DNA of 64,000 nucleotides from positions 32,001-96,000 of the forward strand of contig JAINCQ010000040.1 in assembly GCA_036574205.1 (NCBI GenBank), given 5' to 3'. The stretch comes from Elusimicrobiota bacterium. Its GTDB lineage: Bacteria > Elusimicrobiota > Elusimicrobia > Elusimicrobiales > UBA9959. Positions 51,225 through 61,575 of the stretch are shown piece by piece (within the stretch, counting starts at the first letter, position 1; each line of letters opens with the position of its first letter). Made by a program: the position numbers and the translations under genes. The notes beneath the pieces are model-generated. The model had not been told where the DNA came from. It did not search any database and saw only the letters and a program-made list of their open reading frames with translations.

Positions 51225-51999
51225 TTTTCTCTGTTAATTCTAAAAATTTAATGTAAGACATAAAAACAGTTATAGCACTTGATACGCTTATAAAAAAGCC
51301 TCTCCATCCATCTAAAAAACCTTTTTTAAAAAAATATTTCAAAATAAAAAAATATATAGGTCTTATTACTAACTCTTTTACTGAAAGAAAAAAATTTGGA
51401 GTTTTATATTTAGCTAAATATTCTTCTGCATATTTAGAAGTATACCTATCAAACTTAGAGATCCAACTGCCTATTGAATCATATGAGTAATGAATTATCG
51501 GATTTTTTAAGTATCCTATCTTTTTGGTAAATATTTCACCTTCTTCATGAATATTAGGTGAAAACTTTATTTTTCCTTTAATAAAAAGCCTCGGCATATA
51601 ACCAGGCCACCAGCCACAACCCCTAATCCATTTCCCTATAAAATAATTCTTAGCAGGTAGATAAAAAACTTCTTTATCGCTAGAAAGTGATAGAAGAATT
51701 TCTTTCCTTAATTCATCTGTTATTCTTAAATCAGCATCAATAAGTAATATCCAACTGTTTGAAGCCATTTGAATAGCAAAATTTCTATCTGGCTCACATA
51801 TTCCCTTAGGCTCTGTTATATATATCTTATCAGTGTAGTTTTTGGCTATCTCAACAGTTTTATCAGTTGATGATTGATCAACAACTATTATTTCATCAAC
51901 CCACTTTATGCTTTCAAGACAATCTTTTATATTTTTTTCCTCATTTCTAACTATAAGCACAGCACTTATTTTTTCTTTTCTCTTTATTATTTCATTCAT
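51199..51999 (-). CDS. Glycosyltransferase family 2 (LPS-core type)
   Basis: RNEE, VVD.SSTDKT, IDAD, IHE, GFLDG. Confidence 0.92.
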   Translation of the reverse strand: MNEIIKRKEKISAVLIVRNEEKNIKDCLESIKWVDEIIVVDQSSTDKTVEIAKNYTDKIYITEPKGICEPDRNFAIQMASNSWILLIDADLRITDELRKEILLSLSSDKEVFYLPAKNYFIGKWIRGCGWWPGYMPRLFIKGKIKFSPNIHEEGEIFTKKIGYLKNPIIHYSYDSIGSWISKFDRYTSKYAEEYLAKYKTPNFFLSVKELVIRPIYFFILKYFFKKGFLDGWRGFFISVSSAITVFMSYIKFLELTEKNEKNNLYR

Positions 52000-52979
52000 A
52001 GTATTCTTTTTAACCTCCCAAAATCAAAAGAAAGATCGGAAATGGCTTTAAAGAATGGATAAATAATAAAAATAAAAACTTTACTCCCTGCTTTATAATC
52101 ATAATATTTAAAATAATCAAACATAAACCGTGCTCTATAAAGTACAAGCAAATACCACATGAAAAATACATAAACAAAAACATAGATATTAGTTATTAAA
52201 GAAACTGTTAATACAAACAAAACCTTGAGAAGAAAACTTGTTCTTAAAAAATAACTCAGATGACTTTTGTGGGAAAGCAGTAAATCAGCATCAGAAATTC
52301 CCCTTCTAATATACCATCTTATATAATCGAAAATCTTATTAGGTGAGTAATGCCATACAAATACCGATGGCATATATAAAAATCTGTTTCTACCAAATTT
52401 TTCAATTACTCTTAAACAAAATTCGCTATCCTCACTACCATATCTATTTGCTTCGTCAAATCCTCCAAGCTCTTCAATTATGCTTTTCTTAATCACGGTA
52501 TTGCATGTTGCAACTTGAGATAAAAAAATATCCTTACCTTTTGAGTAAGCATGTAACTTAAAACCTCCTCCAGGATGGCCTAATACTCCGGTTATAAAAC
52601 TTATAAAACCCATTTCTTTTGGAAAGACCGCTCCCATTGCTCCAAAAATTTCTTTATTTTCTAAAAGCTTTTTTTGAGCTTTTTTTACAAATTCATCAAA
52701 CCATCTATCAGTTATCTCAACATCATCATCTATAAAAACAATATATTCATAACTTGAGTTTTTTACCCCAATATTTCTTTGCTGCGAAAAACCTTTATGC
52801 TGTGGTAAAACCCTTATTTGCTTTACAAAATCGTAGTTTAACTTAAAAAACTCTTTACTTGCATCAACTACAACTACCTCAGCCTCTTTATATACCTCAA
52901 AATATTTTAACTTATCCAAACAATTTAATAATCTCTCATGCCTATCTGCAGTAATTATAACTATTGAAAAATTCTTCAT
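51996..52979 (-). CDS. Glycosyltransferase family 2
   Basis: VVVD, RNIG, FIDDD, GGFDE...SED; start at ATG 52979. Confidence 0.9.
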   Translation of the reverse strand: MKNFSIVIITADRHERLLNCLDKLKYFEVYKEAEVVVVDASKEFFKLNYDFVKQIRVLPQHKGFSQQRNIGVKNSSYEYIVFIDDDVEITDRWFDEFVKKAQKKLLENKEIFGAMGAVFPKEMGFISFITGVLGHPGGGFKLHAYSKGKDIFLSQVATCNTVIKKSIIEELGGFDEANRYGSEDSEFCLRVIEKFGRNRFLYMPSVFVWHYSPNKIFDYIRWYIRRGISDADLLLSHKSHLSYFLRTSFLLKVLFVLTVSLITNIYVFVYVFFMWYLLVLYRARFMFDYFKYYDYKAGSKVFIFIIYPFFKAISDLSFDFGRLKRIL

Positions 52980-53017
52980 ATAACCTAATGATAACTTTCC
53001 AGTATTAAGCCAACACC

Positions 53018-54199
53018 TCACCTATTTTTGCTATAAAATTCATTTAATATTTCATTACAGTAATTTACCATATCACTTGCAATCTTATCCCACCGGTAAT
53101 TTTCCTCAACTAGCTTGCGTGCATTTTCAGAAATTCTTTTTCTTTTATTATGATCTAAAAGTACTTCTATAACTTTGTCAGCAAAATCTTTACGCTGGGC
53201 AATTATCACGTTTTTTTGATCCTCCACCGAAATACCCTCAACAGCATTTTTAGTCGCAACAACTACAAGACCACATGCTAAAGCTTCAAGGATCTTATTT
53301 CTTATACCTGCTCCAGTTCTGATAGGAGCCACAAAAACCGAAGCCTTTGATAAATACTCCCACATATTTTCTACATACCCAGTAACGATTATAGAGTTAT
53401 CTTTTTGACTTAAACCCAAAATACTTTTGTGAGGGTTTTTACCTACTACATAAAACCTTATCTGTGGAATTTTAGCTTTTATATATGGGTAAATCTCATT
53501 GACAAAGAAAATTACAGTATCTACGTTTTGAAAAAAACTCATATCACCCGTAAATATCAAAGTGTAGTTAATGTGATCATTACTGGATCTTTTTATCATC
53601 TCTAACTCAACTCCATTAGGAACTACATAAACCTTTTTTGAAGGAAAACGTTTAAGGATATAACTTTTAGCTTCATTTGATACAACAAAGAAATAATCAA
53701 AATTTCTATAATACTTTCTATCAGCAAGATAGAATCTCGGCAGTCTTGTAAGTTTTATAAGTTTATCAAATAAATTTTTTTCATAAAGCACCTCATTTAA
53801 TGCGCCAGACAAACCACATGCCCACAAATCTACAATAACAGGAATATGGTGTTGCATTAAAAAATACTCTGCCATTTGAAATTTATGTATGTGAATTAAA
53901 TCATATGTTTTATTCCTAAGCAAGCTGTTAGCCAGGTTTAAAAAATTCCTGTCTATGTCATATGCTTTCAGAGTCATTAATTTTTTAAGACGCTTAGTTA
54001 GATTATTAGGTTTTAAGGGAACTGTATATACCGCTTCTGTAAAACTTTTTATATCATCAGAGATTTTTTCTCCTTGAGCACTAAAACATAATAGATGAGG
54101 TTTTATCCCATTTCTACTTAAATATTTAAGCTGATAGTACATTCTCAGCCCTCCGCCATAAAGATGCGGTATATGAGGAGTTACAAAAAGAACTTTCAT
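53018..54199 (-). CDS. Glycosyltransferase family 4
   Basis: VVPNGV, FTGDM, APIRTGAGIRNKILEALACG. Confidence 0.9.
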   Translation of the reverse strand: MKVLFVTPHIPHLYGGGLRMYYQLKYLSRNGIKPHLLCFSAQGEKISDDIKSFTEAVYTVPLKPNNLTKRLKKLMTLKAYDIDRNFLNLANSLLRNKTYDLIHIHKFQMAEYFLMQHHIPVIVDLWACGLSGALNEVLYEKNLFDKLIKLTRLPRFYLADRKYYRNFDYFFVVSNEAKSYILKRFPSKKVYVVPNGVELEMIKRSSNDHINYTLIFTGDMSFFQNVDTVIFFVNEIYPYIKAKIPQIRFYVVGKNPHKSILGLSQKDNSIIVTGYVENMWEYLSKASVFVAPIRTGAGIRNKILEALACGLVVVATKNAVEGISVEDQKNVIIAQRKDFADKVIEVLLDHNKRKRISENARKLVEENYRWDKIASDMVNYCNEILNEFYSKNR

Positions 54200-55323
54200 A
54201 AAACTGCTCTCTTAAAAACGTCTAAAGTAAGTTTGGCTGTTTTATCCCAGTTAAAATTTCTAGAAACACTTAAGGCTTTTTCAGAAAGTTTATTACGAAA
54301 AGCTTTATCACTTAAAACTTTTAATATTGCACCAAGGATTTCCTCTTCATCTATAGGATTTACGAGTACTCCTCCATCTCTAACCACCTCAGGAAGCGAT
54401 GTTGTATTTGAAGCCACCACAGCAGTTCCACAATTCATTGCCTCAAGAACTGGAAGTCCAAAGCCTTCATATAAAGAAATATACACAAACACATCCGCTC
54501 CATTATAAAGATATGGTAAATCTTCATCAGGCACATAATCAAGCAACAAAACTTCATCTTCAAGAAACAAACTTTTTATTTTATCCACTACCTCACCACC
54601 CCAGTATTTTTTACCACATAAAAGTAATTTGTGTGATATCCTATAAACCTTCTTTAACTTTTCAAAAACTTTTATAAGTCTTACGAGATTTTTGTGTGGA
54701 CCTAAGTTCCCAACATACAGAATATATTCATTTGTTATTTTATATTTACTTTTAACTTTAATAATCTTTTCTTTATCCTCTATGACTTTAAATCTTTCAT
54801 CAGCTGCTAAAGGAGTTACAAAAACTTTATCTGGATTAACCTGATAATGCTCACACAAATCTTTTTTTGTATATTCAGAGATGCTAATTATATATTTTGC
54901 TCTTTTTATCATATTTTTAAGCCTCATATCAAAAATTTTAGCATTTTCCTTATAACCTTCATATTTTAATACAGTGAGATCATACACCACCGCCACAATA
55001 CTACATTTAGCAAAAACAGGGGAAAAATACATAGTTGCAAAATATACATCTGGATTTAGAAAAAAGCTTTCTGTATAAGGAATATAAAAATCATTTTTAG
55101 TCCACAAGAATTCTAAAAGACGATTTGGAATAGCTATTCTATGAAAAGAAACATTTTCTGGATAGTTGAACTGTTTTTTAAAGCTAAACGATTTTAAAGT
55201 TCTAAAAAATAAAAAATAATCATTAGACTTATCAATCTTAAAAAGATGCTTTAAGAGAGAGGAAAGATAACTTTTTCCTCCTGCATGTGCAAGTAAAGGA
55301 AGTGAATCAATTGCTATCCTCAT
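54196..55323 (-). CDS. Glycosyltransferase family 4
   Basis: SISEYTK, PHKN, SLYEGFGLPVLEAM, SLPEV. Confidence 0.92.
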   Translation of the reverse strand: MRIAIDSLPLLAHAGGKSYLSSLLKHLFKIDKSNDYFLFFRTLKSFSFKKQFNYPENVSFHRIAIPNRLLEFLWTKNDFYIPYTESFFLNPDVYFATMYFSPVFAKCSIVAVVYDLTVLKYEGYKENAKIFDMRLKNMIKRAKYIISISEYTKKDLCEHYQVNPDKVFVTPLAADERFKVIEDKEKIIKVKSKYKITNEYILYVGNLGPHKNLVRLIKVFEKLKKVYRISHKLLLCGKKYWGGEVVDKIKSLFLEDEVLLLDYVPDEDLPYLYNGADVFVYISLYEGFGLPVLEAMNCGTAVVASNTTSLPEVVRDGGVLVNPIDEEEILGAILKVLSDKAFRNKLSEKALSVSRNFNWDKTAKLTLDVFKRAVL

Positions 55324-55338
55324 ATAATATAAACAATA

Positions 55339-56313
55339 CTACACAAACCATTTTTTTAGTTCCTCATTAGATATTACCCGTTCTGAAAAAATTTTTTTTC
55401 TTTTCCTTATCATCTTAAAAAGTTTACCTAATGCCATAATATTTCCTTTAACATAAAAAAAGTTTAACCTGGCTTTTTCAAAATCTTTTGATTTTAAAAA
55501 AATAATTATCTTAAAAATAGCATAGAGAACACTTTGAAATCTCTTAAACAATCCATAAAAAATCATATCAACTGGTAAGTTTTTTATTATGCAATAATTA
55601 TAATTTCTTGCCATGTAAAAAAACGTAAATGGAGAGTTTTTTTTGCTTGTACCTGCTCCTTTATGATATGCCACTGCTTCTGGAACATAAACTGCTTTCC
55701 ACCCATAAATTCTTGCTCTAATAGAGATATCTACATCTTCATAGTAAGCAAAAAAATCTTCATCAAATAATCCTATTTCTTTAAGCATCTTAATTTTATA
55801 CAGGACAGATGCTGCAGTAGCACCAAATATCTCAAAGGAGTTTTTATACTGTCCTATATCTTCTTCTCCCCATCCGATATGATAAACAAGTCCATCACGT
55901 TTTATTCCCATTCCAACAGCATCTATAATCTTAGGGTTTTCCAGTGAAAGTATTTTTGGCTGACAAATTCCAATTTTTTCTTCACTTTCTGCAACTACAA
56001 CTAACTCCTTAAGCCAATTTTTATCTACTATTGCATCATTATTTAATAATGCTACATACTTTATATTTACATCTTCCATAGCCTTTTTTATGCCTGCATT
56101 ATTTCCTCCTGTAAAACCATAATTATTATCAAGTTGTATAATCTGAACCTGTGGGAAATGAGCTTTTATAAACTCCACTGAGCCATCGGTTGAAGCATTG
56201 TCAACTATAATAACATTGAAGTCATCATATTCTTGTTTTAATACTGACTCAATGCATCCCTTTAAATAATCTTTTCCATTGTAGTTGACTATAATAATCG
56301 AAACTTTTGACAT
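55339..56313 (-). CDS. Glycosyltransferase family 2 (rhamnosyltransferase-like)
   Basis: IIVNYNG, VDNASTDGS, GFTGGNN, LLNND, FDEDFFAYYEDVD. Confidence 0.92.
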   Translation of the reverse strand: MSKVSIIIVNYNGKDYLKGCIESVLKQEYDDFNVIIVDNASTDGSVEFIKAHFPQVQIIQLDNNYGFTGGNNAGIKKAMEDVNIKYVALLNNDAIVDKNWLKELVVVAESEEKIGICQPKILSLENPKIIDAVGMGIKRDGLVYHIGWGEEDIGQYKNSFEIFGATAASVLYKIKMLKEIGLFDEDFFAYYEDVDISIRARIYGWKAVYVPEAVAYHKGAGTSKKNSPFTFFYMARNYNYCIIKNLPVDMIFYGLFKRFQSVLYAIFKIIIFLKSKDFEKARLNFFYVKGNIMALGKLFKMIRKRKKIFSERVISNEELKKWFV

Positions 56314-56329
56314 AATGTTTTTCAAAAAC

Positions 56330-57706
56330 TCAAGATTTAAGCAAATATTTATTAATCTTTAGATAACTTAAGCTTAAAAGTGCAAGGGAAAACCAGTATG
56401 GCTCCATTATCCTCACAATAATAAAGGTATTGACACCAAGGCTCTGCACCAAAAAACCAATAGTCGCACAAAAAACTCCAAGCCCAATTGACCTTTCATA
56501 AATATCTTCACTTTTGTTATAAACTTTTAAAGAAATATTTAAAATAGAATATATAAGCCATAAAAAAAGTAAAAAACCAGTTATTCCGGTTTCACCCAAA
56601 AGTAGTGAATATTGATTATCACCGAGTCCTATCCCAGTAACCCCTTTACCTAAAAGTGGATAATTTGGCAGGACATTTAAAATAACATTCTCAATGGATC
56701 TATATCTTGCATATGCTGAATCCTCAAGCTTAACAATACCAAAAGGAGTTACAACCAGATTTCTTGCCTCCCCTCCTTCATATGTTGATTTTATTCTCAT
56801 TCTAACTTTTTCACCAACACCCGGAAGCAAAATACTAAAAGAAAAAATAAAAAAACTTGTAATAATAAAAAAAGGCTTTTTCTTCTTAACAAAAAACAAA
56901 AAAGTTAAAAATAAAGCAATAAACCCCATATAACTTGCTCTTGAAAAAGTTAGTAAAAAAGAAGGATATATAAAGACAATAAGAAGCATTAAAAAAAGCG
57001 CTTTTTTCCCTCTTACCTCAGATATCAAAGCAAGTATTATTCCCATACAAAGTAGATAATATCCTCCAAGTGATGCTGGTTCCGATTCCTGTGGTTTATT
57101 AAGAGGAGCCTCAAAAGGAGCAGTAGTTCTTACAAATTCACCTGATGAATTAAAATAATAGTAATATGAATAAATTACAACAATTATCAAAACAATAACT
57201 CCATATTTTAAATATTTATAAAAATTCTTCTCGTCTTTTAAAATATTGACAACCATAAAATACATAAGATAATATTCAATAACTTTTAGAACATAGAAAA
57301 AAACCTTTTGCCAAATTAAATCTCCCCTTAAAATTCCAAGAAAACTTGATAAAACATAAACAGAAGTATACAAAAACAGTGGAAGTTGAAATGGAGTTTT
57401 TATTAAAAAAGGCTCCTTCTTAACAACAGCAGATTTTAAAAGCCATATCAAAAATATAAGGACCAATAAAATATCGTCATATCTAACAACGACCTCTCTT
57501 CCCGGAATTTTTCCAACCCCAATTTCTGGAGAAAAAAGCATTGAAAAAATTAATATTATAACTGCTTTTACAGGGTTTATAAATGTTATAAAAACAACAA
57601 TAAGGCTAAATATAAAAATGATAAGTTTTGCTGGATTTATACTCCCTGCATTTTTCCCTATAAAAAAAGCGATAAAAATAAAAAAAAGAAAAACAGCTAA
57701 TTGCAT
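56330..57706 (-). CDS. O-antigen ligase / Wzy polymerase family membrane protein
   Basis: Many TM helices, LTFSRASY, periplasmic loop with R..PLLGKG, ETGITG; next to wzc. Confidence 0.82.
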   Translation of the reverse strand: MQLAVFLFFIFIAFFIGKNAGSINPAKLIIFIFSLIVVFITFINPVKAVIILIFSMLFSPEIGVGKIPGREVVVRYDDILLVLIFLIWLLKSAVVKKEPFLIKTPFQLPLFLYTSVYVLSSFLGILRGDLIWQKVFFYVLKVIEYYLMYFMVVNILKDEKNFYKYLKYGVIVLIIVVIYSYYYYFNSSGEFVRTTAPFEAPLNKPQESEPASLGGYYLLCMGIILALISEVRGKKALFLMLLIVFIYPSFLLTFSRASYMGFIALFLTFLFFVKKKKPFFIITSFFIFSFSILLPGVGEKVRMRIKSTYEGGEARNLVVTPFGIVKLEDSAYARYRSIENVILNVLPNYPLLGKGVTGIGLGDNQYSLLLGETGITGFLLFLWLIYSILNISLKVYNKSEDIYERSIGLGVFCATIGFLVQSLGVNTFIIVRIMEPYWFSLALLSLSYLKINKYLLKS

Positions 57707-57707
57707 T

Positions 57708-59588
57708 TCATCGCCTTGAAGTAGAATACTCCGAATATTCGGTATAATAACTATATCTTGGTCCTAATTCGCTAGTCTTAATACCATTTAAAACAACGCC
57801 TATCATTTTAACCCCAACGCCAGTTATCTGGTCTTTTGCGCGTTTTAACGCGGTCCTTGCTATTTTACCTGATTTATAAACAAGTATAGCACCATCAACT
57901 TTTTTACCTATTACTATGCTATCTACGAAAAGAAGAACCGGCGGGCCATCAAATATTATAAGATCAAAATATGACTTCATATCATCTATTATGTCCTTCC
58001 AGTTGGCATTATCTATGATATCAATAGGGTTATACGGTGTTGTACCACTTGTTATTATTTTAAGGTTTTCTGCTCCGGGAAATTTAATAAGAGCACCCGG
58101 AGAAAAATCTCCACTAACAAAATCTGTAACATCTCTTAAAACTTCATCTAAATCGGCTTTATTTACAAGCAAATCAGCCAATCCTGGACTTTTATAAGTT
58201 GAAAATATCTGATGGATAACAGGTCTTCTAAAGTCTGCTTCAACAAAAAGAGTTTTTAATCCAGCACTTGATGATGCCAATGCCAGATTTAAAGCAGTTA
58301 AAGTTTTACCTTCAGCCGCGCCAGCAGATGTTATCACTAAAGCCAGCGAACCCTTTTTTTCTGTATTAGACATTATGTTTGCCCTTAATGTATGATAGGA
58401 CTCCACAATATTTGTAGTTATCCTTTTATTAAAGATAAGAGCGCTTCTAAATCCTTCAAGCGAAAACCTTTCTTTTTTAAATAAATTAACAAGCCAGTTA
58501 TCAGAAATTTGCGAAGATCTTATATGTGGAATTATACCAAGGATTGGGGCATTTAAAAATGCTTCTATATCTTCTATCGTACTTATTGAAACATCAAGAT
58601 TTTCAAGAATGAAGACTATAACAATGCCAAGAAAAAGCCCCATCAATATACCTACTGCAAGATTCAATTTTTTATTTGGAAGTATAGGGGTGGTATTTAA
58701 AACAGGAGGATTTATGACAGTGACAAAAGAAACTATTGACGAAAGCCCAAGCTTTGCCTCTTCATACTGTTTATTTATTGTTGTATAAAGTTCTTCTTGA
58801 AGTTTAATTTCTCTTTCAATTCTTAATAATTCCAGCTCGCGATAAGGCATTTGTTTTAAGCGTGCGTTAAGAGTTTGAAGTTTTTTATCTATCAAAACTA
58901 CATCAGGATGATTTTCAGTATATTTTTCCATTAATTCTTTCTTTTTTATTTCAAGATCTGATATCTGATCGCTTATTATTGAAGCCATTCCAGTATTTGG
59001 ATTTTTTTGTATAAAATTTCTCTTCTGGCTTTCAAGACTTTCAAGCTTCCTTTCCACCTCCATCTTTCTCTGAAGTATATCGTTAAACGTTTTTTTTGCC
59101 TGAGCGCTTTTTTGTTCAAGATCATATTCCTTGTAAGAATCAATTACAGCATTAACTATATCATAAGCTTTATATGGATTTGGGGAATAAGAAGTTATGG
59201 ATATAAGATTTGTATCCTGAACCCTCTCGGCTTTATATGAGGCAAGCACCTCCAATGCAATTTTATTCAAATCCAATTCGCTTTGAGAAGTAACAAGGTT
59301 TAATTTTAATACAGCTTTTTTTGCTATCTCAATTGAAGAAATAACTTTTATTTCAGTGTTAACTGCACCCCATGGATCTATATCCATAACATCAGATCCG
59401 GGAATCTGCGAATATATTTTCGGTGGCTGAATCTTTATAACCGCTGAACTTGAGTATATAGGTGGGGAAAGTTTTGTATAGAAAACAGTTGCAAGAATAG
59501 TAATAAGAAAGATAGAAAAAAAAGCAAATTTTCTCTTATTAAGTATTCTCCAGTAATCATAAAGTGTAAATCCGTCATTACTGTTCAT
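57708..59588 (-). CDS. wzc: Polysaccharide co-polymerase / tyrosine kinase (Wzc-like)
   Basis: Two TMs around a coiled-coil domain; AEGKT, EADFRRP, IFDGPP; C-terminal Tyr cluster YSYYTEYSEY. Confidence 0.9.
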   Translation of the reverse strand: MNSNDGFTLYDYWRILNKRKFAFFSIFLITILATVFYTKLSPPIYSSSAVIKIQPPKIYSQIPGSDVMDIDPWGAVNTEIKVISSIEIAKKAVLKLNLVTSQSELDLNKIALEVLASYKAERVQDTNLISITSYSPNPYKAYDIVNAVIDSYKEYDLEQKSAQAKKTFNDILQRKMEVERKLESLESQKRNFIQKNPNTGMASIISDQISDLEIKKKELMEKYTENHPDVVLIDKKLQTLNARLKQMPYRELELLRIEREIKLQEELYTTINKQYEEAKLGLSSIVSFVTVINPPVLNTTPILPNKKLNLAVGILMGLFLGIVIVFILENLDVSISTIEDIEAFLNAPILGIIPHIRSSQISDNWLVNLFKKERFSLEGFRSALIFNKRITTNIVESYHTLRANIMSNTEKKGSLALVITSAGAAEGKTLTALNLALASSSAGLKTLFVEADFRRPVIHQIFSTYKSPGLADLLVNKADLDEVLRDVTDFVSGDFSPGALIKFPGAENLKIITSGTTPYNPIDIIDNANWKDIIDDMKSYFDLIIFDGPPVLLFVDSIVIGKKVDGAILVYKSGKIARTALKRAKDQITGVGVKMIGVVLNGIKTSELGPRYSYYTEYSEYSTSRR

Positions 59589-59591
59589 ATT

Positions 59592-60287
59592 TTATTTCCT
59601 CGCTATAATTCCAACACTCATAGCAAAAGTGGCAAGGATCGTCCATGGTATTATATTATCACTTATCCATTTAGTTGTGGATGTGAATTTTTGTCTTGGG
59701 ATATAGACTATATCACCGGGCATAAGCTCTATATTTTTATCCAGGCTACCTTTAAAAAAACTTTCCATTGAGACAGCAAAAATTTCCTCCTTGATTTTTC
59801 CCTGTTTATCCTTCAATTTTCTATAAACCTTTATATTCTTGCTATCAGCATAATCAGTGGGACCACCACTGGCAGCTATTAAATCAAGAAGTTTCATTCC
59901 TTCACTATATTCATAATAACCGCTCCTTTGAATCTGCCCTATTATAGCCACTTTATATGCCGAAAATTTTCTTACACTAACAGTCACCCTTGGATTTGCA
60001 ACATATTTAGAATACATATCAGAGAGAAGATTTTCTATTTCCGATATTTTCATCCCACTTACTTTTATTCCTCCCAATAAGGCAAGATCTATTGTTCCAT
60101 CAGGCGAAACAGTTATCTCTTTTGAAAACTCCTCAGCAGGAGAAATATTTATACTCAAAACATCGCCATTTGAAATACGATAATCAGAGTTTAAAATCTG
60201 AACACCAGAGGGCAAATCAATAGAAAACAATGTACTCTGCGAAAAAAACAAAATTATAATAAAAATGGAAATTATTTTTTTTGTCAT
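59592..60287 (-). CDS. wza: Polysaccharide export protein (Wza/OPX, SLBB domain)
   Basis: YRISNGDVL, VSPDGTI, GQIQRSG, L.PGDIVYIP, C-terminal helix. Confidence 0.85.
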   Translation of the reverse strand: MTKKIISIFIIILFFSQSTLFSIDLPSGVQILNSDYRISNGDVLSINISPAEEFSKEITVSPDGTIDLALLGGIKVSGMKISEIENLLSDMYSKYVANPRVTVSVRKFSAYKVAIIGQIQRSGYYEYSEGMKLLDLIAASGGPTDYADSKNIKVYRKLKDKQGKIKEEIFAVSMESFFKGSLDKNIELMPGDIVYIPRQKFTSTTKWISDNIIPWTILATFAMSVGIIARK

Positions 60288-60300
60288 ATTTCTTCCCTTT

Positions 60301-60834
60301 TCATTTTATTTGTCCAACAATAGTTTTTACTATTGTTCTTAATTCTTCAACTGAGTTTTCAAGTTCTGAAATCCTCTCTCCCGACACAGAACCAAGTCCA
60401 GTCTTTCCTTTTTTTGAAAGAAAATCAAGCTTGCTTTCAAGCATATTTATTCTATTAGATATCTCATCTGGTATTTTAGCGCTACTTGAAGAAACAGTTA
60501 TATACTTAAAAAAAGCCATAAAAACCAATATACTGAAAAGAAGAAATGCAATAATCCCGGCAAAAAGAACATATTCATATCCAGAAATAAGTCCAAGAAT
60601 AATAACAATTATTGCTGAAAGAAGAGAAAAGAGAAGTGTTTCTTTGTTTTCACTCCATATAACATTAAACTTGCTAGAGGGGGGCTGGTGGGTATGAGAA
60701 GAGATAATTTGATATTTAGGCAACTCATTGTCAGAAACTTGCTCGTTTATCTCTACAAAAGATTTAACACTATCATCTATGTCCATCTCAGATTTCAAAT
60801 CATTAATAAGCTTTTCTAATTTATTTCCCCTCAT
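60301..60834 (-). CDS. Hypothetical 2-TM membrane protein with C-terminal coiled coil
   Basis: ORF in the operon; two hydrophobic helices; GGAG upstream of ATG 60834. Confidence 0.7.
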   Translation of the reverse strand: MRGNKLEKLINDLKSEMDIDDSVKSFVEINEQVSDNELPKYQIISSHTHQPPSSKFNVIWSENKETLLFSLLSAIIVIILGLISGYEYVLFAGIIAFLLFSILVFMAFFKYITVSSSSAKIPDEISNRINMLESKLDFLSKKGKTGLGSVSGERISELENSVEELRTIVKTIVGQIK

Positions 60835-61573
60835 CGCTATCTCCATCAAATTTCATTTCACTTTCATTTATTCCAAGTTTTCTAATTACATCATCTAACT
60901 TTTTTTCTCTTTCGGATATAATCTTTTCTCTTATATTAAGATCATCTTTGAGTTTTTCAAACGTTTTAACAAGCTCCTTCTTTTTTCTCAAATATTCCTC
61001 CTCAAGTTTTCTCTCTTTGATTTTAATCTCTATGTTTTTCTTATCATATTCATTTTCAAGTTTACTTTTAAGTGTTTCCAGTTCTTTATTTTTCTCATCC
61101 CATCTTTTTAAAAGTTCCATTTCTTTTATTCTAAAATTGTCATAAAATTCCTGAGTTTTTCTTGAATATTCGCTTACCAATCTAGCTCTTTCTGAGGAAA
61201 TCTCCATCATCTTGGCTTCCATTTTGCGATTTTGTTCTTCAATCTCCTTTTTTAATGAAAGATTCTCACTTATAATCTTATCCCTTTGCTTTTTCAAATC
61301 CTCGTTTTCTTCCTTAAGAGCGGATATCTCTGAGTTGAGTTTTTCAATTTTGGCATCAAATTTCTTCTGCAAATATTTCATTTTCTCTTCATACTCTCTT
61401 TCCTTTTCTCTTATAAATTCATCAGAGGACTGAATCTGAGAGGCAAACTCCTCCATAAGCGCTATCATCTCAACAGATGCTGGATTTTTATCAGCCCATA
61501 ATTTATCAGCAAACTTAACAAGTTTAGAATAAAGTTCTTCTGGAATACATTTTACACCTTTTAATATATTCAT
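60821..61573 (-). CDS. Hypothetical coiled-coil protein
   Basis: E/K-rich heptad pattern after a ~45-aa head. Confidence 0.75.
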   Translation of the reverse strand: MNILKGVKCIPEELYSKLVKFADKLWADKNPASVEMIALMEEFASQIQSSDEFIREKEREYEEKMKYLQKKFDAKIEKLNSEISALKEENEDLKKQRDKIISENLSLKKEIEEQNRKMEAKMMEISSERARLVSEYSRKTQEFYDNFRIKEMELLKRWDEKNKELETLKSKLENEYDKKNIEIKIKERKLEEEYLRKKKELVKTFEKLKDDLNIREKIISEREKKLDDVIRKLGINESEMKFDGDSDEGK

Positions 61574-61575
61574 AA

